This document shows, one piece after another, positions 51,620-61,610 of a DNA stretch of 64,000 bases. This DNA comes from Candidatus Omnitrophota bacterium (GTDB taxonomy: Bacteria > Omnitrophota > Gorgyraeia > Duberdicusellales > 4484-171): assembly GCA_041652815.1 (NCBI GenBank), contig JBAZGN010000001.1, positions 253,855-317,854 on the forward strand, written 5' to 3'. The position numbers and the translations under genes are program-made. The notes beneath the pieces are model-generated. The model searched no databases. It was not told where the DNA came from and worked only from the letters and a program-made list of their open reading frames with translations. Within the stretch, counting starts at the first letter, position 1. Every line of letters starts with the position of its first letter.

Positions 51620-52924
51620 ATGAAACTATTAATTAAAAACGGGCACGTAATTTCCCCGGCTGACAATTTAAATGAGATTTATGATATTTTGGTGCAGGAT
51701 AACAAAATATCCAAAATTGGCAGGAACTTAAAAGAAATCGCCGACAACACAATTGATGCCAAAGATAAAATAGTTATACCAGGTATAGTTGATATGCACG
51801 TGCATTTAAGAGAGCCGGGCAGGGAAGATAAAGAAACTATTTCCTCAGGCACGCAGGCTGCCCTCGCCGGGGGAGTGACCAGCATAGTTAGTATGCCTAA
51901 TACTCTTATCCCGATAGACTCAATCGAAAACGTAAAACTCCTTAAGGGTATTATAGAAAAAAAATCCCAAGCAAATGTTTTTATCTGCGCCGCAATCACG
52001 AAGGACAGAGTGGGAAGAGAATTAACAAATATAGCAAGATTTAAGAAAGAAGGTATTGTTGCTATTTCTGATGATGGCGCTTCAGTGGATAATGCTGATG
52101 TGATGTTAAAAGCGCTTAAGAAGGCAAAAGACACAAGGGTAACCGTAATCTGCCACTCGGAGGATAAATTCCTTTCTGCAGGCGGAGTAGTTAACCTAGG
52201 GTTTACATCAACCAAGATGGGGCTGCGTGGAATTTCCAAGGAATCAGAGTATAAGAGGGTAAGGCGGGACATAGAACTGGCAGAAAGAATAGATGCGCCT
52301 ATACATATTACTCACGTAAGTTGCCTTGAGTCAGTTGAGATAATTGCTAAAGCAAAAAAGAAAGGTGTAAAGGTAACCGCTGATACGGCACCGCATTATT
52401 TTTCTGTTTCCGAGGAAGCTGTCTGGGGTTACGATACAAATTTGAAAATGAACCCGCCGCTAAGAACAAAAGAAGATGTTTTAGCGATAAGGGACGGATT
52501 AAAACAGGGCGTAATCGATGTAATAGCTTCAGACCATGCGCCGCATACCGAGAATGAAAAAGAAATTGAATTCGAGCGTGCAGAATTCGGAGTGATAGGG
52601 CTTGAGACCGAACTCTCTGCTGCAATTACCTATCTTGTTGAGGGGAAAGTTCTGGATATGGTTGAGCTGGTCAAAAAAATAACCATAAATCCCGCAAAAA
52701 TTTTGGGGATAAATAGAGGCACTCTCAGCACAGGTAAACCCGCGGATATTACTGTAATTTCAAAAGACAAAGAATGGGTTGTAAGGCGCGACCGGTTTTT
52801 TTCGAAATCAAAAAACAGCGCATTTTTGGGCAAAACACTTAAAGGCGTTGTTGAGTACACTATTTTAGGTGGACGAATAGTTTATGTGAATAACGCAGAT
52901 GATCACCGATTGGGAAGCAGATGA
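51620..52924 (+). CDS. pyrC: Dihydroorotase
   Basis: DMHVHLREPG; VISDHAPH; 434 aa. The C-terminal codons (...ADDHRLGSR*) run into the next repeat element. Confidence 0.85.
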   Translation: MKLLIKNGHVISPADNLNEIYDILVQDNKISKIGRNLKEIADNTIDAKDKIVIPGIVDMHVHLREPGREDKETISSGTQAALAGGVTSIVSMPNTLIPIDSIENVKLLKGIIEKKSQANVFICAAITKDRVGRELTNIARFKKEGIVAISDDGASVDNADVMLKALKKAKDTRVTVICHSEDKFLSAGGVVNLGFTSTKMGLRGISKESEYKRVRRDIELAERIDAPIHITHVSCLESVEIIAKAKKKGVKVTADTAPHYFSVSEEAVWGYDTNLKMNPPLRTKEDVLAIRDGLKQGVIDVIASDHAPHTENEKEIEFERAEFGVIGLETELSAAITYLVEGKVLDMVELVKKITINPAKILGINRGTLSTGKPADITVISKDKEWVVRRDRFFSKSKNSAFLGKTLKGVVEYTILGGRIVYVNNADDHRLGSR

Positions 52925-53117
52925 TCACCGATTTGAGAAAGTATCAGGTAACAGGTATCACGTAACACGTCATTGGATAAACAGAGAATTTAAAAAGACG
53001 CGGTACGTCCACTCAAAGTGGACTCGCCTAAATATTTTTATATGGTGGCGAGGTTACGTGCGGCGTGGTACATAACCTATCTGTGCTCATCTGCGATTTG
53101 AATCTGTGCTAATCTGT
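52903..53117. repeat. MITE-like element, family B copy 3 (inverted orientation, diverged)
   Basis: cagatgatcaccgat...gtatcacgtaacacg...gtggactcgcctaaatattttta is the reverse complement of family-B internal sequence. It ends ...aatctgtgctaatctgtgt at the ATG of the next gene. Confidence 0.65.
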
Positions 53118-53119
53118 GT

Positions 53120-53605
53120 ATGAAGTTTATAGTTACAAGGGAATTAGGGAAGCTTGTAAGGTGGTTAAGAATTATAGGGTTTGATGCGGTTTTTTACGAC
53201 AAAGAAAGTAAGGGCACGCTTATAATCCAAGCCTTGCGCGATGATAGAATAATTGTTACAAGGACCAAAGAAAGAATAGACGACTTGCAAAAGAAAACAA
53301 TAGTTGTAACTTGCGATAATGTAAAAGAGCAGCTGCAAGAAGTTATTGGAAAATTAAAACTTAAAATCGAAGAAGAAAAAATGTTTAGCCGCTGCACGTT
53401 ATGTAATGAGCTGCTTGTAGCGGCTAAAAAGGAAGAGGTTAAAGAACTTATCCCGGAACGTGTCTATAACCAGCAAACAGCTTTTAAAAAATGCTCCGCT
53501 TGCGGCAAGGTTTACTGGCAGGGAAGCCATTTGGCCAAGGTTAGCGCCATTGTGAACGAATTTCAGAGAACAGACAACAGAAAACAGAGAACAGAGGGAA
53601 AATAA
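53120..53605 (+). CDS. Mut7-C RNase domain (PF01927/DUF82-like) protein with C-terminal Zn-ribbon
   Basis: MKFIVTRELGKLVRWLRIIGFDAV...; C-terminal CTLCNELL...CSACGKVYWQGSH. Confidence 0.6.
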   Translation: MKFIVTRELGKLVRWLRIIGFDAVFYDKESKGTLIIQALRDDRIIVTRTKERIDDLQKKTIVVTCDNVKEQLQEVIGKLKLKIEEEKMFSRCTLCNELLVAAKKEEVKELIPERVYNQQTAFKKCSACGKVYWQGSHLAKVSAIVNEFQRTDNRKQRTEGK

Positions 53606-53659
53606 ATGCAGAGGACAGAAGACAGAAGGACGAGGGACGATAAAATTTCTAAAATCGTT

Positions 53660-53702
53660 TCTTCTGCGATCATCTGTTTTGTAATCTGTGATCATCTGTG
53701 TG
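53660..53702. repeat. Short terminus-only copy of the CACAGAT/ATCTGTG element
   Basis: tctgcgatcatctgttttgtaatctgtgatcatctgtgtg, 22 nt upstream of the next ATG. It is preceded by ACAGA-rich repeats at 53560..53640. Confidence 0.6.
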
Positions 53703-53724
53703 AACCGAGCGAAGCGAGGAAAAA

Positions 53725-54957
53725 ATGGAATTTGTAGCAGATTTTCACATTCATTCTAAATATTCACGGGCAACCTCCAGAGATATGGATGTCAAGCATA
53801 TTGCTGATTGGGCAAAGCTAAAGGGAATTGCTCTGATGGGTACCGGAGACTTTACCCATCATTTATGGCTTCAGGAGCTAAAAGCAAATTTGGAAGATTT
53901 AGGTAACGGCCTATTTAAGCACAAAAATATTCATTTTATACTTACCGCTGAGGTAAGCAGTATTTATTCTAAGAAGGGTAAGGTCTATCGCATACACAAC
54001 CTTATTTTTGCCCCGTCTTTTAAAACCGTAGAAAAAATAAATGCAACACTGGGCAGGCAAGGCAATTTAGCCAGTGACGGCCGTCCAATTCTTGGTTTAG
54101 ACGCAGAAGAGCTGGCGCGCATTGTTTTTGATATTGATGAAAATTGCATGGTTATTCCGGCTCACGCATGGACTCCCTGGTTTAGCCTTTTTGGTTCGAT
54201 GTCCGGATTTAACAAAATAGAGGATTGTTTTGGCAAACAGACCTCCAAAATATTTGCCCTGGAAACCGGGCTTTCTTCTGACCCGGCAATGAATTGGCGC
54301 TTGTCCGCGCTTGATAAGTTTTCTTTGATTTCTAATTCAGACAGCCACTCGCCTTCCCGTATCGGCAGGGAAGCAAACGTTTTTAACTGTGAGCTTAATT
54401 ATTCAGAAATTAAAAAAGTTTTAGAGAAGAAAGACAAAAATAAATTCTTATACACAATAGAGTTTTTCCCCGAGGAAGGGAAATACCATTTTGACGGCCA
54501 CAGAAATTGCAACTTGAGGCTGTCGCCTCAAGAAACTAAAAAATATAAAGGCATTTGCCCGAGATGCTCAAAGCCTGTAACCAGAGGGGTTTTAAACAGG
54601 GTTGATGAGCTTGCGGACAGAGCTGAGGGTTTTAGGCCGGAGGGCGCAATAGATTATAAAAGCATGGTTAGCCTTGATGAGATAATTGCGGACGTAAAAG
54701 GCGTAGACAAGAAAAGCAAAGCCGTAGAAAAAGAATACCTTAATGTTTTATCCAGCTTTTCGTCCGAGTTCGACATTCTCATAAAGGTGCCGGAGGCTGA
54801 ACTTTTTTCCAAACTTCCCGAAAAAATAGCCGAAGGAATAAAACGGGTAAGGGAAGGTAGATTAAAAATAGAGCCCGGCTACGACGGAGAATACGGCAAA
54901 ATTAAAATTTTTGGCGGCGAAGAAGAAAAGAAAAACGAACAGTTGACGTTATTTTAA
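53725..54957 (+). CDS. Endonuclease Q-like protein (deaminated-base-specific endonuclease family)
   Basis: DFHIHSKYSRATS...KLKGIALMGTGDFTH...RIHNLIFAP...CPRCSKPVTRGVLNRVDEL parallels archaeal EndoQ (DLHIHS.YS, GTGD, HHLLIFP, C-terminal Zn finger). Confidence 0.55.
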   Translation: MEFVADFHIHSKYSRATSRDMDVKHIADWAKLKGIALMGTGDFTHHLWLQELKANLEDLGNGLFKHKNIHFILTAEVSSIYSKKGKVYRIHNLIFAPSFKTVEKINATLGRQGNLASDGRPILGLDAEELARIVFDIDENCMVIPAHAWTPWFSLFGSMSGFNKIEDCFGKQTSKIFALETGLSSDPAMNWRLSALDKFSLISNSDSHSPSRIGREANVFNCELNYSEIKKVLEKKDKNKFLYTIEFFPEEGKYHFDGHRNCNLRLSPQETKKYKGICPRCSKPVTRGVLNRVDELADRAEGFRPEGAIDYKSMVSLDEIIADVKGVDKKSKAVEKEYLNVLSSFSSEFDILIKVPEAELFSKLPEKIAEGIKRVREGRLKIEPGYDGEYGKIKIFGGEEEKKNEQLTLF

Positions 54958-54959
54958 TA

Positions 54960-55112
54960 GCACAAATGAACGCAGATTAGCACAGATAAATTTCACTATA
55001 ATTGATATACGATAGAAATACGGTGGAAACACAGTAGATATACAATCGTATTTCTACTGTATATCGCGAGCGGAGCGAGCGTATTTCAACCGTGTTTCTA
55101 TTTCTTATCTGT
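54960..55112. repeat. MITE-like element, family A copy 2
   Basis: cacaaatgaacgcagattagcacagataaatttcactataattgatatacgatagaaatacgg...acacagtagatatacaatcgtatttctactgtatatcgcgagcggagcgagcg...ttatctgtgg. Confidence 0.75.
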
Positions 55113-55649
55113 GGCAATTTGGTTCAAACCCGCGCTAATTTATGTAAAACAAATATGAAAGTAGCGATAATTTCTTATTCATTTTCCGGTAATACCAAAA
55201 GAGCGTGTGTGTTTTTGATGGAAAAAATCAAAGAAAAAAATATTGAGGCAGCCATATTTGATTTAAAACCGTCCCGGGAAGAAAAAAAATTTTTGCTGCA
55301 ATGCCGTGATGCTTTCTATAAACACAAAATAGAAATTCAGAACCCAGTTTCTGAACTAAATACTTATGATTTTGTAATTTTCGCATCTCCGGTATGGGCG
55401 TTTACTTTTGCACCGGCGTTGCGCGCCTATTTGGAAAACATAAAAGATTTAACCGATAAAAAATGCGCCTGCTTTTTAACCTATGGCAGCGGCATGGGGA
55501 AGAACAAGGCCTTAGAAGAGTTAGAGGAGATTTTAAAAGCAAAAGGCGCACGGATTTTATTTTCCAAAAACATACCTGGGTCTAAAACTAAAGATAAAGA
55601 ATATTTAGAGGAACAGTTTAAATCTTTGGTAGATATAATTAGTGATTAA
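55092..55649 (+). CDS. Flavodoxin-like protein (probable true start 55155, MKVAIISYS)
   Basis: MKVAIISYSFSGNTKRACVFL (flavodoxin-type FMN-binding N-terminus). Confidence 0.5.
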   Translation: MFLFLICGNLVQTRANLCKTNMKVAIISYSFSGNTKRACVFLMEKIKEKNIEAAIFDLKPSREEKKFLLQCRDAFYKHKIEIQNPVSELNTYDFVIFASPVWAFTFAPALRAYLENIKDLTDKKCACFLTYGSGMGKNKALEELEEILKAKGARILFSKNIPGSKTKDKEYLEEQFKSLVDIISD

Positions 55650-55795
55650 GGTTACGAATGTTACGAAAGTTACGCAGGTTACGAAGGTTACAATAAACCT
55701 TCGATATTTGAAATGTAACATTCGTAACTTCCCGTAACCTGCCTCGCCTTGCTCGGCAAGGCGGGCATCCGCAACCTTCGTAACAGGATTATTTA
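55650..55795. repeat. GTTACGA heptad tandem repeats (5 units) with a partially inverted copy and a GC hairpin
   Basis: ggttacgaatgttacgaaagttacgcaggttacgaaggttac ... tgtaacattcgtaacttcccgtaacc ... ccttgctcggcaagg. Confidence 0.7.
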
Positions 55796-55798
55796 ATT

Positions 55799-55870
55799 GT
55801 CCCTGTAGCCCAACGGATAGGGCGTTGGCCTCCGGAGCCAAAAATGGCAGTTCGATTCTGCCCAGGGACG
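55799..55870 (+). tRNA. tRNA-Arg (CCG)
   Basis: GTCCCTG/CAGGGAC acceptor stem; D-arm GCCC-AACGGATA-GGGC; anticodon loop CTCCGGA; T-loop TTCGATT; 72 nt. Confidence 0.8.
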
Positions 55871-55952
55871 CGAATAAAATAAGGATTATGTAACACGTAA
55901 CAAGTAGCACGTTTTAGGCTTGTTACCTGTTACGTGATACATGAAATAAAAA

Positions 55953-56408
55953 ATGAACATCTCAGTAATCGGCGGGTCGACTTGTTCGAAGAAAGATTAT
56001 AAAATAGCAAAAGAGCTTGGTTCGCTCATTGCTAAAGAAGGTTGGACTTTAATCTGCGGCGGAAGAAGCGGGATTATGGAGGCTGCCTGCCGCGGCGCAA
56101 AAGAAGCCGGCGGCACAACGGTTGCGATTTTACCAAGCGCTGACGGTAAAGACGCCAATCGTTACGTAGATGTAAAAATTCCTACAGGTTTAGGCTACGC
56201 GAGAAATGTTTTAGTTGTCAGAGCTTCGAAAATAATTATAGCGGTATCAGGAAAATATGGCACGCTTTCGGAGATTGCTTTTGCTTTTAATGAGGGTAGA
56301 ACCGTCCTTGGAATAAATACTTGGGGCATTAAAGGTGTGGTAAAAGTTAAAAATGCCGAAACTGCTATCCAATATATAAAAAGTAAAATTCCCCAAGAGG
56401 CTAAGTAG
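55953..56408 (+). CDS. TIGR00725/LOG-like Rossmann-fold protein
   Basis: ISVIGGSTCSKKDYKIAKELGSLIAKEGWTLICGGRSGIMEAACRGAKEAGGTTVAILP. Confidence 0.5.
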   Translation: MNISVIGGSTCSKKDYKIAKELGSLIAKEGWTLICGGRSGIMEAACRGAKEAGGTTVAILPSADGKDANRYVDVKIPTGLGYARNVLVVRASKIIIAVSGKYGTLSEIAFAFNEGRTVLGINTWGIKGVVKVKNAETAIQYIKSKIPQEAK

Positions 56409-56470
56409 CCAAAATATATTAACCGACTATAACAATAAAACAATTTTTCCAACGGAGAAAGGGAGGTATT

Positions 56471-59400
56471 ATGCCAAGGAGGAAAGATATAAAAAAAGTT
56501 TTAATTATCGGTTCCGGCCCCATCATTATCGGCCAGGCTTGCGAATTTGATTATTCGGGAACGCAAGCTTGTAAAGCTTTACGTGAAGAAGGTTATGAGA
56601 TAGTGCTGGTTAATTCAAACCCGGCAACCATTATGACTGACCCGGGCATGGCAGATAAAACCTATATTGAGCCGCTTACCGTAGAAAGCTTAGGAAAAAT
56701 TATAGAACGCGAAAAGCCCGATGCGTTACTTCCTAATCTTGGCGGGCAAACCGGGCTTAACCTTGCATCCAGCCTTCATAAAGCCGGTATTTTAAAAAAA
56801 TACGGCGTGGAAATTATCGGAGTAAAAGCTGATGCTATTGAACGCGGCGAAGACCGGCTTGCCTTTAAAGAAACCATGAATAAGCTTGGCATCGGCCTGC
56901 CGAAATCAGAAATTTGCCACTCCACAGAAGAAGCAGAAAAAATAGCCGAGGGCTTAGGCTATCCAGTAATAGTCAGGCCAGCATATACTTTGGGCGGAAC
57001 CGGCGGTGGCATTGCTTATAACGTGGAGGAGCTACGCATAATTACAAATAGGGGGATAAGCGCCAGCCTTATTCATCAGGTGTTGATAGAAGAATCAGTA
57101 TTAGGATGGGAAGAACTTGAACTTGAAGTAGTAAGGGACCAGAAAAACAATAAAATTACTGTTTGTTTTATTGAGAATATCGACCCGATGGGCGTACACA
57201 CCGGAGATAGTTTTTGCGCTGCGCCAATGCTTACGGTTCCTGAAAAATTACAGAAAAAAATGCAGGAGCTTTCCTATAAAATAGTTGACGCTATCGGAGT
57301 TGTCGGCGGGACAAACATACAATTCGCGCATAACCCCGAAGATGATAGATTGGTTGCCATTGAAATTAATCCAAGAACGTCTCGTTCTTCAGCCCTTGCC
57401 TCAAAAGCAACCGGATTTCCTATCGCACGCATTTCTACAAAGCTTGCCGCAGGCCTTAGTATGGATGAAATACCTTACTGGCGTAGGGGAACGCTTGAAA
57501 AATACGAGCCAAGCGGCGATTACGTAGTCATAAAATTTGCGCGCTGGGCATTTGAGAAATTCCGCCAGGCAAAAGACATTTTAGGCACACAAATGAAAGC
57601 TGTCGGCGAAGTAATGAGCATCGGAAAAAATTTTAAAGAAGCAATGCAAAAATCCATACGCTCTTTGGAAATAGGCAGATATGGCTTAGGAGTTAAAAAG
57701 TTTAAAGAAATAGATTTAGCAGCCTTAAAAGAAAGATTAAGATTTCCTTCCAGCGAGCGCATTTTTCTAATGTATGAGGCGCTACGCAGAGGCGTTTCCA
57801 TCGAAGAGCTTTATCAAATGACGCATATCGGCCGTTGGTTTATTAATGAGATGAAAGATTTGGTTGTTTACGAAGAGGAGTTATTAAAATTTAAATGGAG
57901 CGAGTTACCGGACAAAAAACTCATTAAAGCTAAAGAATGGGGGTTTTCCGACAGGTATTTAGGCGAGCTTTTCGGCGTAAAAGAAAAAACTGTGCGTGAA
58001 AAAAGAATTGCTTTAGGCAAAGAGGAAAAATTTAATGCCGTTCCCGTAAGCGGTGTTGACAACGCAGCTTATTATTATTCTACATATAATGCTAATGATG
58101 AGGTTCCGGTTTCCGACAAAAAGAAAGTAATGATTTTAGGCGGCGGGCCAAACCGTATCGGCCAGGGTATTGAATTTGATTACACCTGCGTTCACGCTGC
58201 TTTTGCTTTACGTGACGAAGGCCTTGAGTCCATAATGGTTAACTGTAACCCGGAAACGGTCTCAACCGATTATGACACATCCAATAAACTTTATTTCGAA
58301 CCCTTAACCGTTGAAGACGTGCTGGCGATTTACGAAAAAGAAAAGCCTGAAGGCGTAATTGTGCAATTCGGCGGCCAGACCCCTTTAAATATCGCCCAGC
58401 AATTAAAAGATAACGGTGTTAAAATTTTAGGAACTTCTCCGGAAAGCATCCGCCTTGCCGAGGACAGAGAATATTTTAGAGAGAGGATTAAAAAATTAGA
58501 CATTCCGCAACCGGACGGTGATGCTGCGCGTTCGCTCGATGATGCGATTAAGATTGCAAACCGCATCGGCTACCCCTTAATGGTGCGGCCGTCATTTGTT
58601 TTGGGAGGCCGCGGAATGGAAGTTGTTTATGACGAGGCGATGCTTAGAAAATATGCCGAAGAAGCAATCGAGATTACGCCGGAATTTCCAATGTTGATTG
58701 ACCGTTTTCTGGAGCAGGCAATTGAAACCGAGGTTGATGCGCTTTGTGACGGTGAAAATACTTTTGTCGCTGCAATAATGGAACACATCGAGCTTGCCGG
58801 AGTGCACTCGGGGGATTCTGCCTGTGCAATACCCCCACGCACAATTCCGGAAAAACATTTAAAAACAATTGAGGATTACACAGCTAAAATCGCCAAAGAC
58901 CTTAAAGTTGTAGGCCTTATGAATATTCAGTACGCAATCTGCAATGACAAAGTTTATATTTTAGAGGCAAACCCGCGCGCGTCCCGCACTGTTCCGGTAG
59001 TTTCTAAAGTAACAGGAATATCTATTGCGCGTATTGCCACGCTTCTTATGCTTGGCAAAAAAATAAAAGATTTTCCAGAGTTGAAAAAAATCAAACTTCC
59101 TTACACCGGAGTTAAAGAAGCAGTATTCCCCTTTAATATGTTTCCGGAAGTTGACCCTATCTTGGGCCCGGAAATGCGCGCAACAGGAGAAGTTATGGGC
59201 ATGGGCGATAGTTTTGGCCTGGCGTTTTGTAAATCTCAGGAGGCAACCGGCTTACAGCTTCCCGAAAAAGGCAATGTGCTGATTACGGTTGCGGACAGAG
59301 ACAAAAAACATATTGTTCCGGTCGCAAAAAAGCTAAAAAAATTAGGGTTTAATATTTATGCTACCAAAAGAACAAGCGCGGTGTTAAAAGAAAACGGAGT

Positions 59401-59671
59401 AGAAAACATTGAAATAAGCAAAATTGATGAAGGCAGGCCTGACATCTCAGATTTTATTAAAAACAAAGAGCTGCACTTAATTATTAACACTCCTCTCGGC
59501 CCAAGCGGCAAACAGGATGATGCTTATATTCGCAGAATGGCGATACAATACAAAGTCCCTTATATTACTACAGTCGCAGCAGCAGCGGCAAGTGTGGAAG
59601 GTATTGAGGCGATGCAAAAACAGAAAGATTCACCCAAGTCTTTACAGGAATATCATAAGATGATTAAGTAA
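56471..59671 (+). CDS. carB: Carbamoyl-phosphate synthase large subunit
   Basis: 1066 aa; duplicated ATP-grasp halves (VLIIGSGPIIIGQACEFDYSG / VMILGGGPNRIGQGIEFDY); MGS-like C-terminus. Confidence 0.95.
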   Translation: MPRRKDIKKVLIIGSGPIIIGQACEFDYSGTQACKALREEGYEIVLVNSNPATIMTDPGMADKTYIEPLTVESLGKIIEREKPDALLPNLGGQTGLNLASSLHKAGILKKYGVEIIGVKADAIERGEDRLAFKETMNKLGIGLPKSEICHSTEEAEKIAEGLGYPVIVRPAYTLGGTGGGIAYNVEELRIITNRGISASLIHQVLIEESVLGWEELELEVVRDQKNNKITVCFIENIDPMGVHTGDSFCAAPMLTVPEKLQKKMQELSYKIVDAIGVVGGTNIQFAHNPEDDRLVAIEINPRTSRSSALASKATGFPIARISTKLAAGLSMDEIPYWRRGTLEKYEPSGDYVVIKFARWAFEKFRQAKDILGTQMKAVGEVMSIGKNFKEAMQKSIRSLEIGRYGLGVKKFKEIDLAALKERLRFPSSERIFLMYEALRRGVSIEELYQMTHIGRWFINEMKDLVVYEEELLKFKWSELPDKKLIKAKEWGFSDRYLGELFGVKEKTVREKRIALGKEEKFNAVPVSGVDNAAYYYSTYNANDEVPVSDKKKVMILGGGPNRIGQGIEFDYTCVHAAFALRDEGLESIMVNCNPETVSTDYDTSNKLYFEPLTVEDVLAIYEKEKPEGVIVQFGGQTPLNIAQQLKDNGVKILGTSPESIRLAEDREYFRERIKKLDIPQPDGDAARSLDDAIKIANRIGYPLMVRPSFVLGGRGMEVVYDEAMLRKYAEEAIEITPEFPMLIDRFLEQAIETEVDALCDGENTFVAAIMEHIELAGVHSGDSACAIPPRTIPEKHLKTIEDYTAKIAKDLKVVGLMNIQYAICNDKVYILEANPRASRTVPVVSKVTGISIARIATLLMLGKKIKDFPELKKIKLPYTGVKEAVFPFNMFPEVDPILGPEMRATGEVMGMGDSFGLAFCKSQEATGLQLPEKGNVLITVADRDKKHIVPVAKKLKKLGFNIYATKRTSAVLKENGVENIEISKIDEGRPDISDFIKNKELHLIINTPLGPSGKQDDAYIRRMAIQYKVPYITTVAAAAASVEGIEAMQKQKDSPKSLQEYHKMIK

Positions 59672-59759
59672 CACAGATAATTACAGATTGGAAATCTCAG
59701 ATGATCGCAGATGATTTATCTGTGATTATCTGCTTCCGAATCTGTGGTTATCTGTGTAA
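59672..59759. repeat. Short CACAGAT/ATCTGTG element (both termini, ~88 bp)
   Basis: acacagataattacagattgg...cagatgatcgcagatgatttatctgtgattatctgc...tctgtggttatctgtgtaatgg. Confidence 0.65.
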
Positions 59760-60283
59760 TGGAGCGAAGCGGCATGCTGAATAAAGAAGAGATAAAAAAA
59801 ATAATCAACGAGAAAAAATTAATCGAAGGCCACATCGATTTAGAAATCCAACTTACTCCGAATGGTTTTGATTTGACTGCAGGAAAAATTTACGAATTCG
59901 ATGCCCCCGGAGCGGTAGATTTTTCCAACAAAGAAAGAATTGTGCCGGAAGGTAAAGAGCTCATTCCAAAAAAGAAAAATCCAGCAGATAAATTCGGCTG
60001 GTGGGAATTAAAAACAGGCGCGTATAAGGTAAGAACAAACGAAACAGTTAATCTTCCGAATGATTTAGTAGCCCAAGCTTTTACCCGCACAACGCTTCTA
60101 CGTATGGGTGCTTTTACCCAGCACGGCGTATGGGACGCCGGCTTCAGAGGCCGCGGAGAATTTGTTTTAATCGTCGGTAACCCCCATGGGATAAAGATAA
60201 AACAAAACGCCCGCATCGCTCAGCTTGTGTTTCTGCCGACAAAAGAAACAGAAAGTTATAAAGGGATATATAATAATATATAG
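59744..60283 (+). CDS. dcd: dCTP deaminase/dUTPase-superfamily protein (true start probably an internal Met near 59762-59777)
   Basis: ...GVWDAGFRGRGEFVLIVGNPHGIKIKQNARIAQLVF (Dcd-like DxGxxG motif). Confidence 0.55.
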   Translation: MVICVMERSGMLNKEEIKKIINEKKLIEGHIDLEIQLTPNGFDLTAGKIYEFDAPGAVDFSNKERIVPEGKELIPKKKNPADKFGWWELKTGAYKVRTNETVNLPNDLVAQAFTRTTLLRMGAFTQHGVWDAGFRGRGEFVLIVGNPHGIKIKQNARIAQLVFLPTKETESYKGIYNNI

Positions 60284-60284
60284 T

Positions 60285-60432
60285 TATAATAACCAAGCTC
60301 CAAGATACAATAACCAAACAATGACCAATAATCAAATTCCAATAACCAAACAAAAAACAGTATCTCCGTTTGGTTATTGGATATTGGAATTTGAATATTG
60401 TTTGTATCTTGTATCTTGGTTATTGGTTATTT
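60285..60432. repeat. MITE-like CCAATAACCAA palindromic element, copy 2
   Basis: ataaccaagctccaagatacaataaccaaac...ccaataaccaaacaaaaaacag...gtttggttattgg...ttgtatcttgtatcttggttattggttatt. Confidence 0.65.
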
Positions 60433-60832
60433 AATCATGAATACAATAGAAGTCAAAACTACAAAACGAAATGAATTTGTAGATATAACTTCCAAGGTAG
60501 AAAAAATTGTCAAAGATTCGAAAATAAAAGACGGACTCTGTGTTGTTTTTTGCCCGCATACAACAGCGGCTTTAACTATTAACGAAAATGCCGACCCCTC
60601 AGTTCAAAAAGATATCATTAGCCACCTTGAAGAATTAGTTCCTGCCGGTAAAGGTTTTTCTCATTCAGAGGGCAACTCTGATGCGCACATTAAGGCTTCT
60701 CTTTTGGGCAGCTCCTTAAATGTTATAATCAAAGACGGGAACTTAGCTCTCGGCACCTGGCAGGGGATTTATTTCTGCGAGTTTGACGGGTCAAGACAGC
60801 GACAAATATATGTAAAAATAATAGAAATGTAA
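60398..60832 (+). CDS. YjbQ/UPF0047-family protein (probable start 60437, MNTIEVKT)
   Basis: GLCVVFCPHTTAALTINENADPSV...SDAHIKASLLGSSLNVIIKDGNLALGTWQGIYFCEFDG. Confidence 0.65.
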   Translation: MFVSCILVIGYLIMNTIEVKTTKRNEFVDITSKVEKIVKDSKIKDGLCVVFCPHTTAALTINENADPSVQKDIISHLEELVPAGKGFSHSEGNSDAHIKASLLGSSLNVIIKDGNLALGTWQGIYFCEFDGSRQRQIYVKIIEM

Positions 60833-60884
60833 TAGCCACCGCTTTTCATTTTTGAAATGAGCGGATTATCAAAAGGCCGAAAAA

Positions 60885-61610
60885 ATGGTTGATAATGGTT
60901 TAAATTTTTTAGCAGCCAGCATACTAAAAGAAATGGAACTTCTACCTAAAGGATCCCGACCAAACCTCGAAAAAGACAAGTTAATTCAATTTTTGGAAAA
61001 TATAGACATCAAAGATAGAGAATTATTTATTACATCTATTCTATGCTTTTTTGCTTATTTTAAATCAATAGTTCCTTGTGCAGAAACGCCTGGCACTGCG
61101 TCAATATGGACGAATTATGTTCTGATAACATTATTTGCTTTAGTTGAAAGATCTATGGAAAAAGAGGTATCTTTTTGGAGCTACATAAATAAAGATGAGA
61201 ATATAAAAAGATGCAATAAAGGGGATACAAAAAAGGTTATTGAGGAATGGAGGCAAAAACATGGTTCATCTGAAAAAATACGTAGATTTTTTAAAGAAAA
61301 TATCAAAAAAGAAGAAACAGATGAAATTGAAAAAGTAATCAAGAAGGATCCTAAATTTAAAAATGTGAGTGATATTGATGTTTTTATTACAAAAATTATT
61401 AAACTTAGAGGTGAATTTGTTCATGGTTTATCCTTGGAATGTATAAGTTCTTCGAATATTTATGCTATGTTAGTTCAAGACAAAAATGGAAATTTAATTA
61501 GCGATAATATGCAGTGGGTTAAAACTATTGATATTAACAAATTGATCGCATATATCTTAAAAGGAATCTTCAGAAAATTTGATACTAAAAAAATAGTAAC
61601 TTCGATATAA
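60885..61610 (+). CDS. Hypothetical protein
   Basis: 241-aa ORF, Lys/Glu-rich; no recognisable motif. Confidence 0.35.
   Translation: MVDNGLNFLAASILKEMELLPKGSRPNLEKDKLIQFLENIDIKDRELFITSILCFFAYFKSIVPCAETPGTASIWTNYVLITLFALVERSMEKEVSFWSYINKDENIKRCNKGDTKKVIEEWRQKHGSSEKIRRFFKENIKKEETDEIEKVIKKDPKFKNVSDIDVFITKIIKLRGEFVHGLSLECISSSNIYAMLVQDKNGNLISDNMQWVKTIDINKLIAYILKGIFRKFDTKKIVTSI

Noticed and set aside
55650-55700. Possible CRISPR or minisatellite from GTTACGA tandem units
   Set aside because: Seven-bp period with no spacers. It is a simple heptad repeat or protein-binding array.
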